From: Reclinomonas americana ATCC 50394
Lineage: Eukaryota
Direction: 5' to 3'
Length of the DNA: 53,916 bases
Assembly: GCA_048213135.1 (NCBI GenBank)
Contig: PS015223.1
Span: forward strand, 133,273-187,188
Shown: positions 36,601-49,960 of the stretch, piece after piece
Numbering within the stretch: position 1 is the first letter of the stretch
Layout: each line of letters opens with the position of its first letter
Position numbers and translations under genes: made by a program
The notes under the pieces: generated by a model
Told to the model about the DNA's origin: nothing
The model's database searches: none
What the model saw: only the letters and a program-made list of their open reading frames with translations

Positions 36601-39600
36601 CTCCGGCAACAGTGCCAAGCACTTGCTCTCTGGTCTGCGCGCAGGCACACTTTGAGGAGGAGGTCGCCATGGAAAGCAAAATGCAGCGCAACGAAGAAAA
36701 CACACGCACCCCAGCACTGCAGCCTGGGCAGCTCACGGAGAAAAAGGTGCCGTCGAGAGTCGGCATCGGCTGGCCGAAAACATCAATGGCGCGAACCTCC
36801 ACAGTACGTGGCGACAGTGAGGAGGGAAACGTCACTGCGAGCGGGTCGACCGTGACATTTGCGGTGAAAAGACCTGCAAGCGAGTTGTCAGCTGCTACTG
36901 CTGCAGTGGTATGCACATCGGTTGCGACGCAACTGCTGGCCAGGTCGGCAGTGGAGCCTGTCGATGTGGAATCTGCATTATCCTCGAACTCGAGATGCCG
37001 ATCGCGCAACCACTCCGCCAAGCCACCCGCAGCCTCCACGTCAGCATACAGTGCCTGCAAGCGTGTCGGCTTTCCGGTCTGAACCGCAACAAACACCGCG
37101 CCTCCGACACCAGCTCCCTCGATGTTGGTACCATTGACGAGACCCGCGGGAAGCAAGGCATGGTTCTTCGCAAAGGTACAGGTCGTCAAGAAGATGCCGA
37201 GTGGAAGTTGTGAGAGACTGCTGTCGGTGAGTACGACATGCAGCGCACCGCCGCGGCCATTTGCTGTGTTGCTGGCAAACGAGCACCCGTTCACCACTGT
37301 GGAAGTACTGTCCAAGAGTAACAGCGCTCCGCCGTCGCCGTCATGCGCTGCGTTACTGTCAAACGTACATCCGCCAACCTCGAGATCCGCCGCACCGGCC
37401 AGAGTCGCGAGAGCACCACCAGAGAGGTGTGCAACATTCCGCGCAAAGTCAGAATCGACCACCACAACAGACGGTGATTCGTTGATGGCCACAGCGCCAC
37501 CAGAGTCCGCCTCATTGTCATGCACCTCGCATCTGTCGACGCGCGCAATAGAATTTTGCCGGATCGACAGCGCTCCTCCGGTACCCGTGGTGACATGGTT
37601 GCTGGACAGAGCGGTTTGTGCCAGCTGGAGGACAGCACTGCCGGAGACCAGCACTGCGCCACCCTCCGACACTGCCTCTCCGTCAACCATCGAACCACCA
37701 GAGTGGGACAGCTGGCCGAGACCTCCAATGTTGACGTGGCCTCCGCCAGTGCCAGCCGAATTGCCCGCGAAATGTGTTGCCACCGTTGTGATATTGGCCA
37801 GCACCGAGATGTGCAATCCTCCACCCGCGAGAACCGCGTGATTGTCAGTGAGGCGACAGGATTGCATGGTGACGACAGCTGCCCCTTCAGCATACACCGC
37901 GCCGCCGTCAGCACGCGTCGAGTTGTTGCCAGCCAGCAGCACCTGCTGCAGGTCATGGCTGCTACCTTCGCTGACGAACATGCCACTCCCAAAAGCCGCA
38001 CGGTTGCCTACCAGACTACACGAATTCCACGAAGACAGTGCACTGCCGTTGGCAAACATGCCGCCGCCAAATCGCACCGCCGCATTGTCAGACACGGTCA
38101 CTGTCTGTGAAAAGTAAGCCTGGCCAGTGCCAACCACGTACACAGCACCACCGTTGGTGGTTGCCCGATTACCGCTGAGTGTCGACGAAACGGCCAGCGA
38201 CAGGCGCGCGCCGCTGGCAACAATCGCCACCCCACCGCCATTCTGAGCAACATTGGCGGAGATGACAGTCCGTGTGATGCTTGATGAAGCAAGGGCAGTC
38301 GAGACGACAAGTCCACCGCCGCTGCCAGTGCGGCCAACTACGTTACTGTCGATGACCAGGTGATCCAGCAGTGTGCTGTCGCCAGTAACAGCCACACCAC
38401 CTCCAGCCACCTCGGCGACGTTGAAACTGACGGCGCCCCGCAACAGCAGCGAACCTGTGCCCAACACGACACCACCGCCGACAGCAGTCACACCAAGCGC
38501 CGAGTTGTCAACAACAGAACAGTCCATCACTGAGCTGAAACTCTGTACAACCACGGCTCCACCGCCGCACGCATCACCGCCCTCACTTGCCGACGACCAC
38601 GAAGCCGTGTTCAAGCGAAACTCGCTGTTGGCAACGGCTACGCTACCGGAGGCCAACAATGCCCCGCCACCACATGCGTCACCAGACTTGTGACCGTTGC
38701 CAGCACCAGCGTCAATCGCGCGATTGCCAACAAACTCACAATCGGTAACAGTGGCGGGGGAGTTCAGCACGAGGAGAGCACCACCACCATTCAGCCGGCT
38801 GCCTCGCCCATCAAGTGAGTTGGAAGCACCTCCAGAGCCGTCGAGTCGCGATTCGTTGTCGTCAAATGATGTGCGAGTGACACTCATCGCGGTCTGTTGA
38901 TGATGATGATGATGATGATGCACACAGGGTGATGAGAGCGAGGAAGACAGGCGAATTGATCACTTGTTGTCAAACGCGTACCATTTGACTCGAGGCCACC
39001 AGCAGCGCAGCACCTCCACCATTGAAGCCGCTTACTGAAGACCCATTCTCGCTTGCGGTGCCACCTGCACCGTTGCGTGTGGACTGGTTCGATCGCATCG
39101 CCACTCCGTTGATCAACTGAACACAAACGCAGTCACATAACACAACCTGAACAGATGACCCACATTGTCGCATGCATACTCTCTCACCAGACGAGACTGT
39201 GTCGATGCAGACGACGACTGGCTGTACGCCAAGACAGCGCCACCACCGCAATTCAACGACGTACTGATACCAGAGCTTCCATTTCCATCGCCACCACTCC
39301 CTGTAAAGATAAACCAAGGGAGAGGTCAACTGCAAGACTGAAAGAAGGTCGGATTGCGTTCAATCTCCTTCTTCCACTCACCATTCATCCACGCCGCGTT
39401 GTTCGAGAGCGTAGATGCCTCGATCTGCAACAAATGTGTGAGGCCAGGCCACACAATGAACCTGAGTGGGACGGCCACACGACGTGCGCACCTGGACAGT
39501 GCCCGCGGTCAACAATAGCAGCAGCGCTCCACCACCATTTCCGTATCCACTGGCCTCCCCTCGTTGTCGATTGCTCGAGCCACCACGTCCGTTGGCGACC

Positions 39601-40268
39601 GCAGAGTTTCCCGTGAAGAGGACGTTGCTCATGGACTGCGTCGTCGTCAACGCGTGAATCAGCGCAAGATCACATGCACGAAAGCAATAACAACTGTGCA
39701 CTCACCACCTGCACGCCACCAGCACCGCTCACTGACATGAGGACTGCACCACCGCCGTTCAGCGAGCCCGACGAATTTCCGTCGCCCTGCAGAGAATAGT
39801 TGCCGCCACCGCCATTGTAACTGGCGGTGTTGTTCATCAAGTTCAGATGCGTGAGCGCAACCCGCGACGAATCACGAGTAGCCTACGAGCACAGAAAGTA
39901 AGCAACACGTGTGTCTGCAGCAAAGACATGCGGACGCCATCACCGCACTCAACATTTGCTGTGCTCACAGACAACCAAAGTGCTCCGCCGCCAGTGAGAC
40001 TGCCGCTGCTGTTGGCGGTTGATGTACTGTTGCCACCGCCGCCGCCGTTGCCGACGGCTTTGTTATTTTCGAAAGCCAACACTTGCATCGTCTGACACAC
40101 GCATACACGCACACACGGAGAGAGTTGGCATGCGCACGTGCAGATAGATATATGCGGCAACAGTAACACACCTTTTGCAGATTGGTGGTGTCCACATGGA
40201 TCCACATGGCGCCTCCACCACTGTTACTTCCAGAAGTCGTACTGTCTCCGTTCAGTAGACCTGACAAA

Positions 40269-40299
<31 letters not shown>

Positions 40300-41143
40300 G
40301 CAATGCAAAGGCAATGAGCGACGACTGAGGGCACATGATTGTGAATGTGCATACGACGAACCACCACTGCCATTGTAGGTCGCCGAGTTGTCACGAAAGG
40401 TACAGTTCCTCACAGTCTGTGCGACCACGCGACGATGTCAGCGACGTACTGACAGGCAAGAGTGCGCGTGCGTCGCGAGAGGAGAGGACACAAGCCTGGT
40501 GAGTGCCCACAGAGTCTTGCACGCGCATCCACACCGCTCCTCCGCCGTTTTCTCCGAGAAGACTGCCTCCTCCGGAATCACTTGATTTACCGCCGACGCC
40601 ATTCTCAGTGACCACATTCCCTTCGAAACGACTGTCGACGACGGTCTGCAGGAGGACCATCAGCGCACTCTCTCGTCAACATTCTGGAACACAGAGACGA
40701 TAGAGAAGTGTGCATACTGAACCTGTGCAGAGGACGCAAGAGCAGCGCTGAGATACTGCGACTTGATTGCACCGCCTCCGTGTTGACCGCCGGAGACGGA
40801 CGCTGCTGACCTCTGGCTCGTGCCAAGACCACCTGCATGTGTGGTGGACAGATGAGCAATGCACCATCCACACAATCATTCATCGATCAGTAGTCTGCGC
40901 ACTTCCACCACGGCCATTGTGGTCGGCTGAGTTACCGAGAAACACGCTTTCTGTCACGGTTTGTTCCTGTGCACATGCGTTGTTGTTCAGAAGCAAACTC
41001 ACACTCGTTACACACATTCACACGCACCCGAGTGTATCCATGCCACACTGACTGCGAGTCTACGTCAAACAGAGTCCACATGGCTCCGCCGCCATCGCCA
41101 ACGGACGCACTTGTGCCATCTGTCGCTCGCTGGCCTGCATCAT

Positions 41144-41221
<78 letters not shown>

Positions 41222-44200
41222 TGAGANNNNNNNNNNNNNNNNNNNNTGTGCATAAGAGAGGGTGAGAGGGGAGAGAGAGAAGACAAAGGTACAGAGAGGT
41301 GGTGAGACAGGAGACCACTCAGTTCGAATAGTGTGTGTGTGCGTGGTGTGTGTGGTGGTGGCGATGGTGACGTACCTCCACAGCCATTGTGATGCGCTGT
41401 GTTATTTGTGAATTGGCAGGCCACGACGTTTTGCTCCTGTTACTCGACACGCACTTGTCAGCGCCGAGTGTACAAGTACCACAACACACCCATTCAACAC
41501 CGGCGCAACATACCTGCGTGGAGGTGCACATGGCAAGATACGACGTCCAGAGCGCACCACCACCGAGACGTCCGGCAGCGCTTTTCGCAATACCGAAACT
41601 CGAGTCGCCTGCACACACAAATAAAAGCACCATGGTTGTAATGCATGCGTGTAGAGGCAGCGCGCATGCACTCACACACCTCCGTTTCCATTGTATGCGG
41701 CTGTGTTTGCGCGGAATATGCTCTCCTCCAAGTTCTGCAATCGACCGATATTGAGAAGCAAGGTGCCACAGAAGTAAACTTACACGGTGTATGTCAATCT
41801 CAATCAAACCTGCACCGCCGATCCACACGACTCAAAGAATGTCCATAGCGCCCCACCTCCCGACGACCCACCTGAAGCCGACGCATCGGCGACAGTGGTA
41901 CTTGTCGCCGTGATAGTCCCTACGTGTGTTCCTATAGAATAAGGATGCAACAAACCACAAAGTAGTCGCAGCAGCACATATATAATTGTCACGCAACCCC
42001 CTCCAGCATTGGTAAGAGCAACGTTGCCGACAAATGTGCAGTTCACCACGTTCTGCAGTTGCACCTGCACGCAAAGAGTGTGTCAACATGTCAACTTAGG
42101 AGGAGTCTACATGCACGTGTGAGAGCGCCGCAACTTGTGCTATTGCATCGACGCGAGTCTGTGCGTAGAAGCTTGACCAGAGAGCACCACCACCATTGTT
42201 GAAACTCGACGAAGCCAGTGGCTGAGTGAGAGCGGTGTGGCTGGGGGCAGCACCTGTTCATGCAACAATATTTGTGAGTAGCGAGCAGCGTGCACTGGAG
42301 CAATGCTTGGAATAGCTCACCACCACCGCCGTTCTCGTTTGCACTGTTGCCGACAAAGGACGAGTCCTGCACGATCTGTACCGAGTCTTGTGAATCGGGA
42401 ATTGACGTGCACAACTCTCTCAGCTCCGCACCTGCTCGATTGAGCTCTTAGAGTTGGCAAGAAACCACACTGCACCACCGCCATTGTTGCTGGCGGAGGA
42501 ACCCCCACCAGACGAGCCTGAAAGCAAAACATACACAACATGGTAAATTGGTACAAATATGTGTTGTGTGTTCGCAAACTGAAATCACCACACACTCACC
42601 GCCGACACTGTTGTGGAATGCTGCGTTGTTGACAAATGTACACTGCAGTAGGAGCTGCACGTACACATTACGGTGTAAGACAACAGTAAATATGAAGCTC
42701 AGGATGCAAGCTGTCATGATCATCACACCTGCGCTGCGGGCTTCCCCGAGAGGAATGCAACCCAGAGCGCCCCTCCGCCCGAGTACCCACCGGCACTTGC
42801 GGACGAAAACGAATCGGAACCTAGATAGACATGTGTGCCGTGAGACCCCATCCAGCAAACGTGCAGATGCACACACCCGATATGTATCACTCACCTCCGT
42901 TTCCGTTGCGAGAAGCGTCATTGTTGGAGAACAAGGACCGTGTGACGTTCTGCTCAGCAGCTCGATGCCGGTGTGTAAGCGCAGTGCACTCGCATAGTAG
43001 TGATCAACATGCATCCTACGAAACCTGAGTTCCCTGACTGTTGAAGAGCGTCCACAAGGCGCCGCCGCCGTGATGACTGCCGATATTGCTGGCGGTTGCA
43101 GTGTACCGTGGATCTATTCCAGATCCTGTGCACGAGCAGTTGAATGCAAGCAGCATGCAGCAAGATGCACACTACGCGTTGCGGACCTGTGCCACCATTT
43201 CCATTGCCGCGCGCTTGATTGCCAGTGAAGACACAGTCGGTGATGATCTGCGACATGTCCCGTGAGAAGAAGCAGCAAGTATGAAGCAGCAAGTAGTTCT
43301 GCACACACGCGCACCTGGGTACTGACATATAGTTCCGCGACGAAGAGCGTGAGGCAGGCACCTCCACCAGTGGCCGATGCGCGGGCATCTTGAGAGCGCA
43401 GATTGAAGGATCCCCCCTGACCGTTGTCCGTCGCTTTGTTATTCAGAAACTGAGAACCGGAGATCTGTGTAAGTGCGTGCATCAGTTAGCCAGCGTGTAC
43501 GATGATCGCCGCATGAAACCACTCACTCGTTGCAATGCATCAGTTGTTCGATCAAGAAACAGTGCCAGAATGGCACCACCACCGGAGAAGCTGCCAGGAG
43601 GGTTCCAGACGCTGGTCACCGTGGTCAGTGCTGAAGATCCGTCTGTATCACCCCCTAAGTAGTTGTCTTTCCCGCCGCAGGCGTTTCCTCTTGCAACGTT
43701 GCCGGCAAACTGTGAATCCGTAACCTGCAGATGCATCGCGATCGCATCCATTCTTGTCAGCATTCAGGTCTTCAGCACGGCGTCGACGTTGGTACGCAAC
43801 GCTCATCAGTGCTCCACCAGAGACCCACACGGCACCACCACCGCAATAATATCCGGATTTTCCAGCTCCTGTGGTGTGTTCACCGCCTGCGCACAAGCCC
43901 TCAGCATGGTTGTTGTCAAACGTGGAGCCAGCAATCTGCAAGTCGACAGGAATGATGTGAGACAACTTGATGAGATATGCACCACCACTTGCAAACACTA
44001 CTGCTAATATGTGCACACCTCCAGTGCCGACGACACCGTCTCCAGCCTGACATAAACTGCACCACCACCGCAAGCGCGGCCTCCGTTCGAATCAAGAGAA
44101 CATGCACTATGCGTGCAGCCGGTGAAGCCCGAGCAGCTGTCAGTGATGCTGTTTGCCAGAAACGTAGAATTACGAATCTCCAGTCGATCGCACCCCGGCA

Positions 44201-45576
44201 CGAACAGTGCTCCGCCACCGACCGTGTCAAAACCGTCGATGAAGTTAGCGTCCTCGCCGACACCGTTGCCAGAGTTGGCCACCACGTTCCCGGACCATGT
44301 GGTGTTGTGCACGAGGATGCGTGCATGCGTGAAGATGTCTGCTGGCGTATTCGGGTTGGCGAACGCATGCACAAACACAGCACCTCCTCCGTTCACCGCC
44401 GACATCAGTATGTCTGCCGTGTTGTCGACAAACGAGGACCCCGAAATCGTGAGTTGCAAACCCGCCGAGCCTGACACATACAGCGCTCCACCACCGGCAC
44501 CGCCGTAATTGAGTACGCCGTTCAGCCCCACGTCGCTCTGCACCTGGTTACCACGAAACTGGCAACTGTCAACGACCACTTGCGCATTCTCCGTCAGCCT
44601 CGCGACTGACACAGCGCCACCAGTTGCATCCAGGCCAAACTTGTAGCAACTGGCAAACGAAGAGGTCGTGATTGTCACATTGCTGAAGGGTCCGACGACG
44701 GAGAGTGCAGATCCGAACGGCCCGTCCGAATCGATACGCGAATCGATCCTCAACATGGAAGAGCGCGTCATCTGGAAGGAGGCGCGAAAAAAGGGCGGTG
44801 GCAAGGTGTACGGATCGGCCCACGCGTCAAGCACCACGGAAACTGTGGTCCCATACGAAAACGCGCAGTCCTCAATGATCACACTGACGTCTTCCACCGC
44901 GTCCACCACCTGCTGCGTCCACACCACTGACGGACCACCAGCTGTTCTGTCGAAACCGTATGCTCGTCGCACGTGCAAGCCACGCAATGTAAAGTCAGTG
45001 GCGTTGCTCACGCGGATGATGGTGTCGCTGTCGAACTCCAGACGCGGAGGATTGCTGCCGTCTGAATTGTTGACCGCTGAGGCTCCAATGAACACTGAAT
45101 GCACGTCTGTGTCGATGGTGAGAAACAACGACAGAGAGGCTCGTAGGTGCAAAAGAGAGAGCAGTGCGCACTTGAGATGTTGAGGGCGGCGGGAGTGGAC
45201 ATGGCGGTGAGGTCGTACGTGCCGGCCAGAAGCTCCACGCGTATGTCGTACAGCACGTCACTCGTGATGAGTTGAGTACAGGCACACGAATCCACGGCGG
45301 CGAAGATTGTGCATGGTTGTGCTGTCGATTGACCGCAGTCGCACGAGTCGTCAGAGCCAGTGGGCGACACAACAACTGCGCACACAATGAAGTGGTGGTG
45401 AGAAAAGAGAAAAATCGAACAAACTGCGCGCACTCTCTCTCTCTCTCTCCTCATCACACACACACACACACACCAGTGCATGCATCCCCTGCCGCGCTGG
45501 CAGCAGTTGATGACGCGGTGCACCACCACAGCACACCCACAAGGAGGAGCAGGAAGAGGGTGGCATGGTGCGACAT
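33680..45576 (-). CDS. Very large surface protein: signal peptide, Pmp-like (GGA/FxxN) beta-helix repeats, Cys-rich region and C-terminal multi-TM domain
   Basis: MSHHATLFLLLLVGVLWW signal, VVSPTGSD..CG...PC start, dozens of FxxNxA...GGA(L/V) units, CPPG..CFPCPVGYYS..C.PC..NAQC.GG, LCGGC. About 8-9 hydrophobic segments with FGALYEQF..RYCW, RPY and NILE motifs. More than 35 introns traced in frame. Confidence 0.85.
41145..41218. repeat. (CA)n microsatellite inside an intron, next to a gap
   Basis: Uninterrupted CA run. Shorter CT/GA/CA tracts fill many introns, e.g. (GA)n at about 13799-13833. Confidence 0.95.
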
Positions 45577-47084
45577 GGCTGGCGCGAAAATCTCTCGCAC
45601 TGCTGATTGATTACTGCCACCCCCACCAGATGCAGCGTGTGCTCGAGCTCGCTGCGCGCTGCCGGGTGCGTATGTGCGCGTGTGCGTGTGTCTGGTGGTG
45701 TGTTTGCGTGTGCACGTGATCTTGTGAGTGTGTGAGAAGAAGGGCCCGCGAGAGACAGACGTTGGGGTTGGAAAGAGTCATGACCGCTTTGTCCGAAATT
45801 TGGCGAGTCGCTGCGTTCTGTCGCGCCAACTCCCACCACCCCACGAATGAAAAGGATTGTAGGTGTGTGTGTGTGTGAATTTGTGCAGCTTTGCTGCAAT
45901 ATAAGTGATGTGTGTGCGTGTTTTCAGAGACGCGAAGTATTTATGCGACCGGCTCGGTTCGGTATCATGAATGAATTGCGAACACGTTCATTGATCGCAC
46001 ATTCGATAGACATTGCAACGACGGCAAGCTCGCAGTGGCATCGATGAGGTCATGCCGCTATGCACAGTGTACCGATGTGGGTGCGCCGTCGATGTCAGTG
46101 CGGCATTTTGTGCATATTGATCAAGTTGTTGTTGAGGAGAATTCGAGTGAATTTGTTGCGACGTTGCAGCGACTGGCGGCCACGGACACAATGATAACAA
46201 CACCAACAACTTTACTAATCTAAACAGCAACAGCATGAGGATCACCGCCTTGAGCGAGCACCAGAAAGGCAGACATCATGGATCCGGGAAAAGTGAGAAT
46301 AATTCGATATGTCTATGCTGGTAAGAGAAACCACGGCTCGTGACAACACATGCCAGCAGCGCGTCGTCTCCTAAACAACAAAAAACAAGACATTCACCAA
46401 CGCACACACCAGTCTTGAGGGCAGCGGGTAGAGGGTTCTGCAAGTTTATGTGTTCACGATCGACGCTTCGAACAGGTCGAGAACTGCGATCTTCACCGCA
46501 TAAACGTGGGTGTACAGTGGATTTGACGCACTTGCATAAACGCTCAGCGTTTTCTGCAGCCGTACAAGGCACATCGAAGTTTGAGAAAGGGCCAAAAGCC
46601 AGGCAAACCATGCCAATGGAAGCATGGAGATATCGTACGAAAAAATATTTCCCCTTTCGCTACCTATTGCTCCATTTTTGACACTTGCGCAAGTCATCGA
46701 TCTTCACGCCTGCCGTGTTGCCCAGCGCACAAGTGTACATGCATCTCGCACTTATTCGACTTCGATATCGATATTGGGCGCACTCGTCGACGTCCGTGAA
46801 TCCAGAAAGTCACCCACTCTTCCAACACACAATGTGTGACAGGCGTCCATCCACCCACCCACTATCTGCACTCCTCTGCTCACCCGACCTCGGAGCACAC
46901 CGTCGGCCGGATTTGGAATCCCGACACCACATGACAATTTTACAATCTGACACTTATAAATCTATTCTTGCGTGTGCGCACACCTCCCCCCATCCCTCCC
47001 CCCTCTCCCCTCCTCGCCTCACTCTTCTATCCCTTTGTCTCCCTTCAGCTCCCCCCTCGCTCACACGCACACGCACGCACCATC

Positions 47085-49928
47085 ATGCGCCGCCGATTCC
47101 TGGTGTTTATTGCGCTGACGGCTGCACTCTTGTTGTGCGCACACTCCGTCTCCGCGCAGACCATTGGTACGTTCTCTCTCTCTCTTTTTCTTGCCCACAC
47201 CTCCCTTCCCATCCCCCTCTCGCATGCACACACACCGTCATTACGTCATGTGTGCATGCGTGTTCCATTTTGCTGCATTGATTGCCCATTCTTGTCGTCC
47301 GGCGTGAAGAGAAGCTCACGCTCCGGAGGCGGACAGATATTCTGCGCCTCTTCACTGATGCCCCTCTGCTGTGCCCCGTGCAGGTTCTGGCGTCACGCTG
47401 ACCACCGCCATCAACCGCATCAATAGCTTCTCCACGGCCATTGCCAACACCATTACCAATCGCTTCGCCTTTAGCGGCGGCGATACCGCAGGCGACACCT
47501 TGATCGTCGACGGTGGCAGTGACATGTACGACAGGTGACGTCCGCCTCTTGCCCCTCCCACATATCCGCATCGTCGTCGTCGCCGTCGTCGTCGTCACTC
47601 GCTGACTCTCTTGCATTCACAGTGGTAACACTCTCAATGCCGGCTCGCTGGTGTGCCCCTACACTGGCGGCTCCGTTTCAAGCGCGATCACCGGTGTGCA
47701 GTACGCCACGCTCAAGTACTCCGCCGGCCTCTTTGTGTGGGCAGCGCGGGCCGTCAGCGTCAGCAGCTTCTCCACCACGGGTGGCAATGGAGCCGACGGT
47801 GACGGCGTGCAGCGCACGAACCGCTTCACTCTATCGGTCAACACCGACAGCGGTAACTCCTCCTCGTGGACCGTGTTTGTTGCGCTCTCCTTCTTTGTCG
47901 TGTGCCGTGCGTGCTTGTGGGCTCTACTCACTCATCTGTGCGCAGACCAAGAACATTTGCAACAGTGGCGATCCGAGCATCAATCATGTTGCGCGTGTCT
48001 GTCATGCCGCTCCTCTCGTTCACCGTGTCTCACCAGTTTTTTTCTTGTTGTGTCTCGCAGATCTGGATGGTTCCGCAATCGCAGGCGACATCCATCAACC
48101 AGGTCATTGGAAGCACAACAGATTCGGACTTGGACGCGCTGCAGAGTGCATCTGGTACGTTCTTGGATCTGCTTGTATCCACGTTTCGGACTCGCACTCA
48201 CTCGCTCGCTCGCTCGAAAACAGCGGTGACCGAGTTGTACTACGTCCTCTTTGCTGGCACCGGTTCCTTGTGTTACTCGTCGGCCGACTTTACGTATACG
48301 GCACAAAGTTTCCTCTCTGCCGTCGTCGGCAACACGCAACCTGCACCGTCGCCTTCGACCGACACCACCGCACTCAACACGCTGCTCTCCAACCTCAACT
48401 CTTCGGCGTCATCACTCCGCAGCGTGATCCCGTNNNNNNNNNNNNNNNNNNNNTGGCGGAGATCGCAAAGTCACTTTGAGTCGCTCTCCCAGCGCTGTCG
48501 GCACCAAGGTTGCCCGTAATGTACACCGAGCTGACGCCACTCAGCTGCACCAACAGGTGAGTCGGGTGATTTCTCTCTTTGCCTCGACAGTGGACGCAAC
48601 TTGCGCGGCCCAGACAAAGAAACCTTGCTGCTTCAGAGTAAAGTACGCTCCACTCGCACCAAAGCCATAGGAGCGGCCCGAAAGGATTGTATTGTCCGAG
48701 TAAGAAATTGTTTGAGCCAAGTTTGTGTTCAGAAAGTTGCCACTGTGTGTGTCGCCGTGAAGGTGAGTTACCACAATTGAGTCTGGTACCACCACGCTCA
48801 CTCACCCATCGTACACGTCGCTGCCACCGTCGACAATGTTGTTGCCCGATGTGCCGTCGCTGAAATCGAAACGAGNNNNNNNNNNNNNNNNNNNNCGGAC
48901 TCGTCAGGCAATTTGGCCGCCTGGTCCGTGTACGTTGCGTAACAACCCCTTCTCTGTGTCCTTTTATACGTGCGCTCACCGTCGACATCACCGCAGAGCA
49001 AGAGCGTGTGCGGCTCAGGCGATCCCAGTTTGTACCACGTGCGCCTCTTGTCGTCCTTCGTCTCCGTGGTGCTCCACCATCTCGTGTATTTACAGTACGC
49101 TTCTTCTTTGTCATGCGCAGTTGTGGATCCTTCCGCAGTCGCAGTCGTCTCAAGTGACACACACGATCTCCTCCGACACGAATGACGACACTGACACGCT
49201 CAGCAATATGGACAGTTGCGTTGCGCTGGATACTCGGAAGACGCAGATGACAGACTTCTAACCGATTACACAACGCTGCTGTTGTGCAGATGTGACTCGC
49301 ATGAACTATTTCATGTTTTCAACTTCGAGCACGGTGTGCCTGTCGACGTCGCAGCTGCAGACAATTGCCACTGCGTACGCCGCAGTGGCCGGCAGCAGCA
49401 GCGTACCCTCTAACAATGGTGGTGGTTCCTCGACAACGACGACGACGACCACCACCGGCGGCAAGGCGAATATCGGTCTGATTGTTGGTGCGGCAGTCGG
49501 AGGAGCTGGCGGTCTGGTTGTCCTCATCATGTTGCGTTGGGTGGTGGAGAACGGTCATATACGTGGCCCGACAGCCGGCGCCATCTCACACTTTGTACCC
49601 GCCACGCAGTATCATTGTCTGCTGCATGCGAAACGGCTGCCCCGACTGCTCGTGGATGTGCGCCTGCTGCCGCAGTTGTTCGTGCAATTGTTGCACTCGC
49701 ATGGGATTCGCATGCCGCCGCTGCTGTCGACGCGCATGCCGCAACCCGTGCCCGAAGCCTCCGCCGGCGGTTGTGATTCCGCCAATCTTCCCCGACATGA
49801 GCGGCTGTTCTGAAATCTACAGTCCGCCGCGTGACATCGAAATGGGTGTTCTCGGTCGCCAGCCACCGCCGGGCTCGCCTCAACAGGGCAGTCCGCAGCG
49901 ATTCCTGCAAGGTCTCTTTCTCTCTCTC

Positions 49929-49960
<32 letters not shown>

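Noticed and set aside
45988-46839. Short ORFs in the intergenic spacer as a transposon or gene
   Set aside because: No recognisable transposase motif, terminal repeats or coherent splice path.
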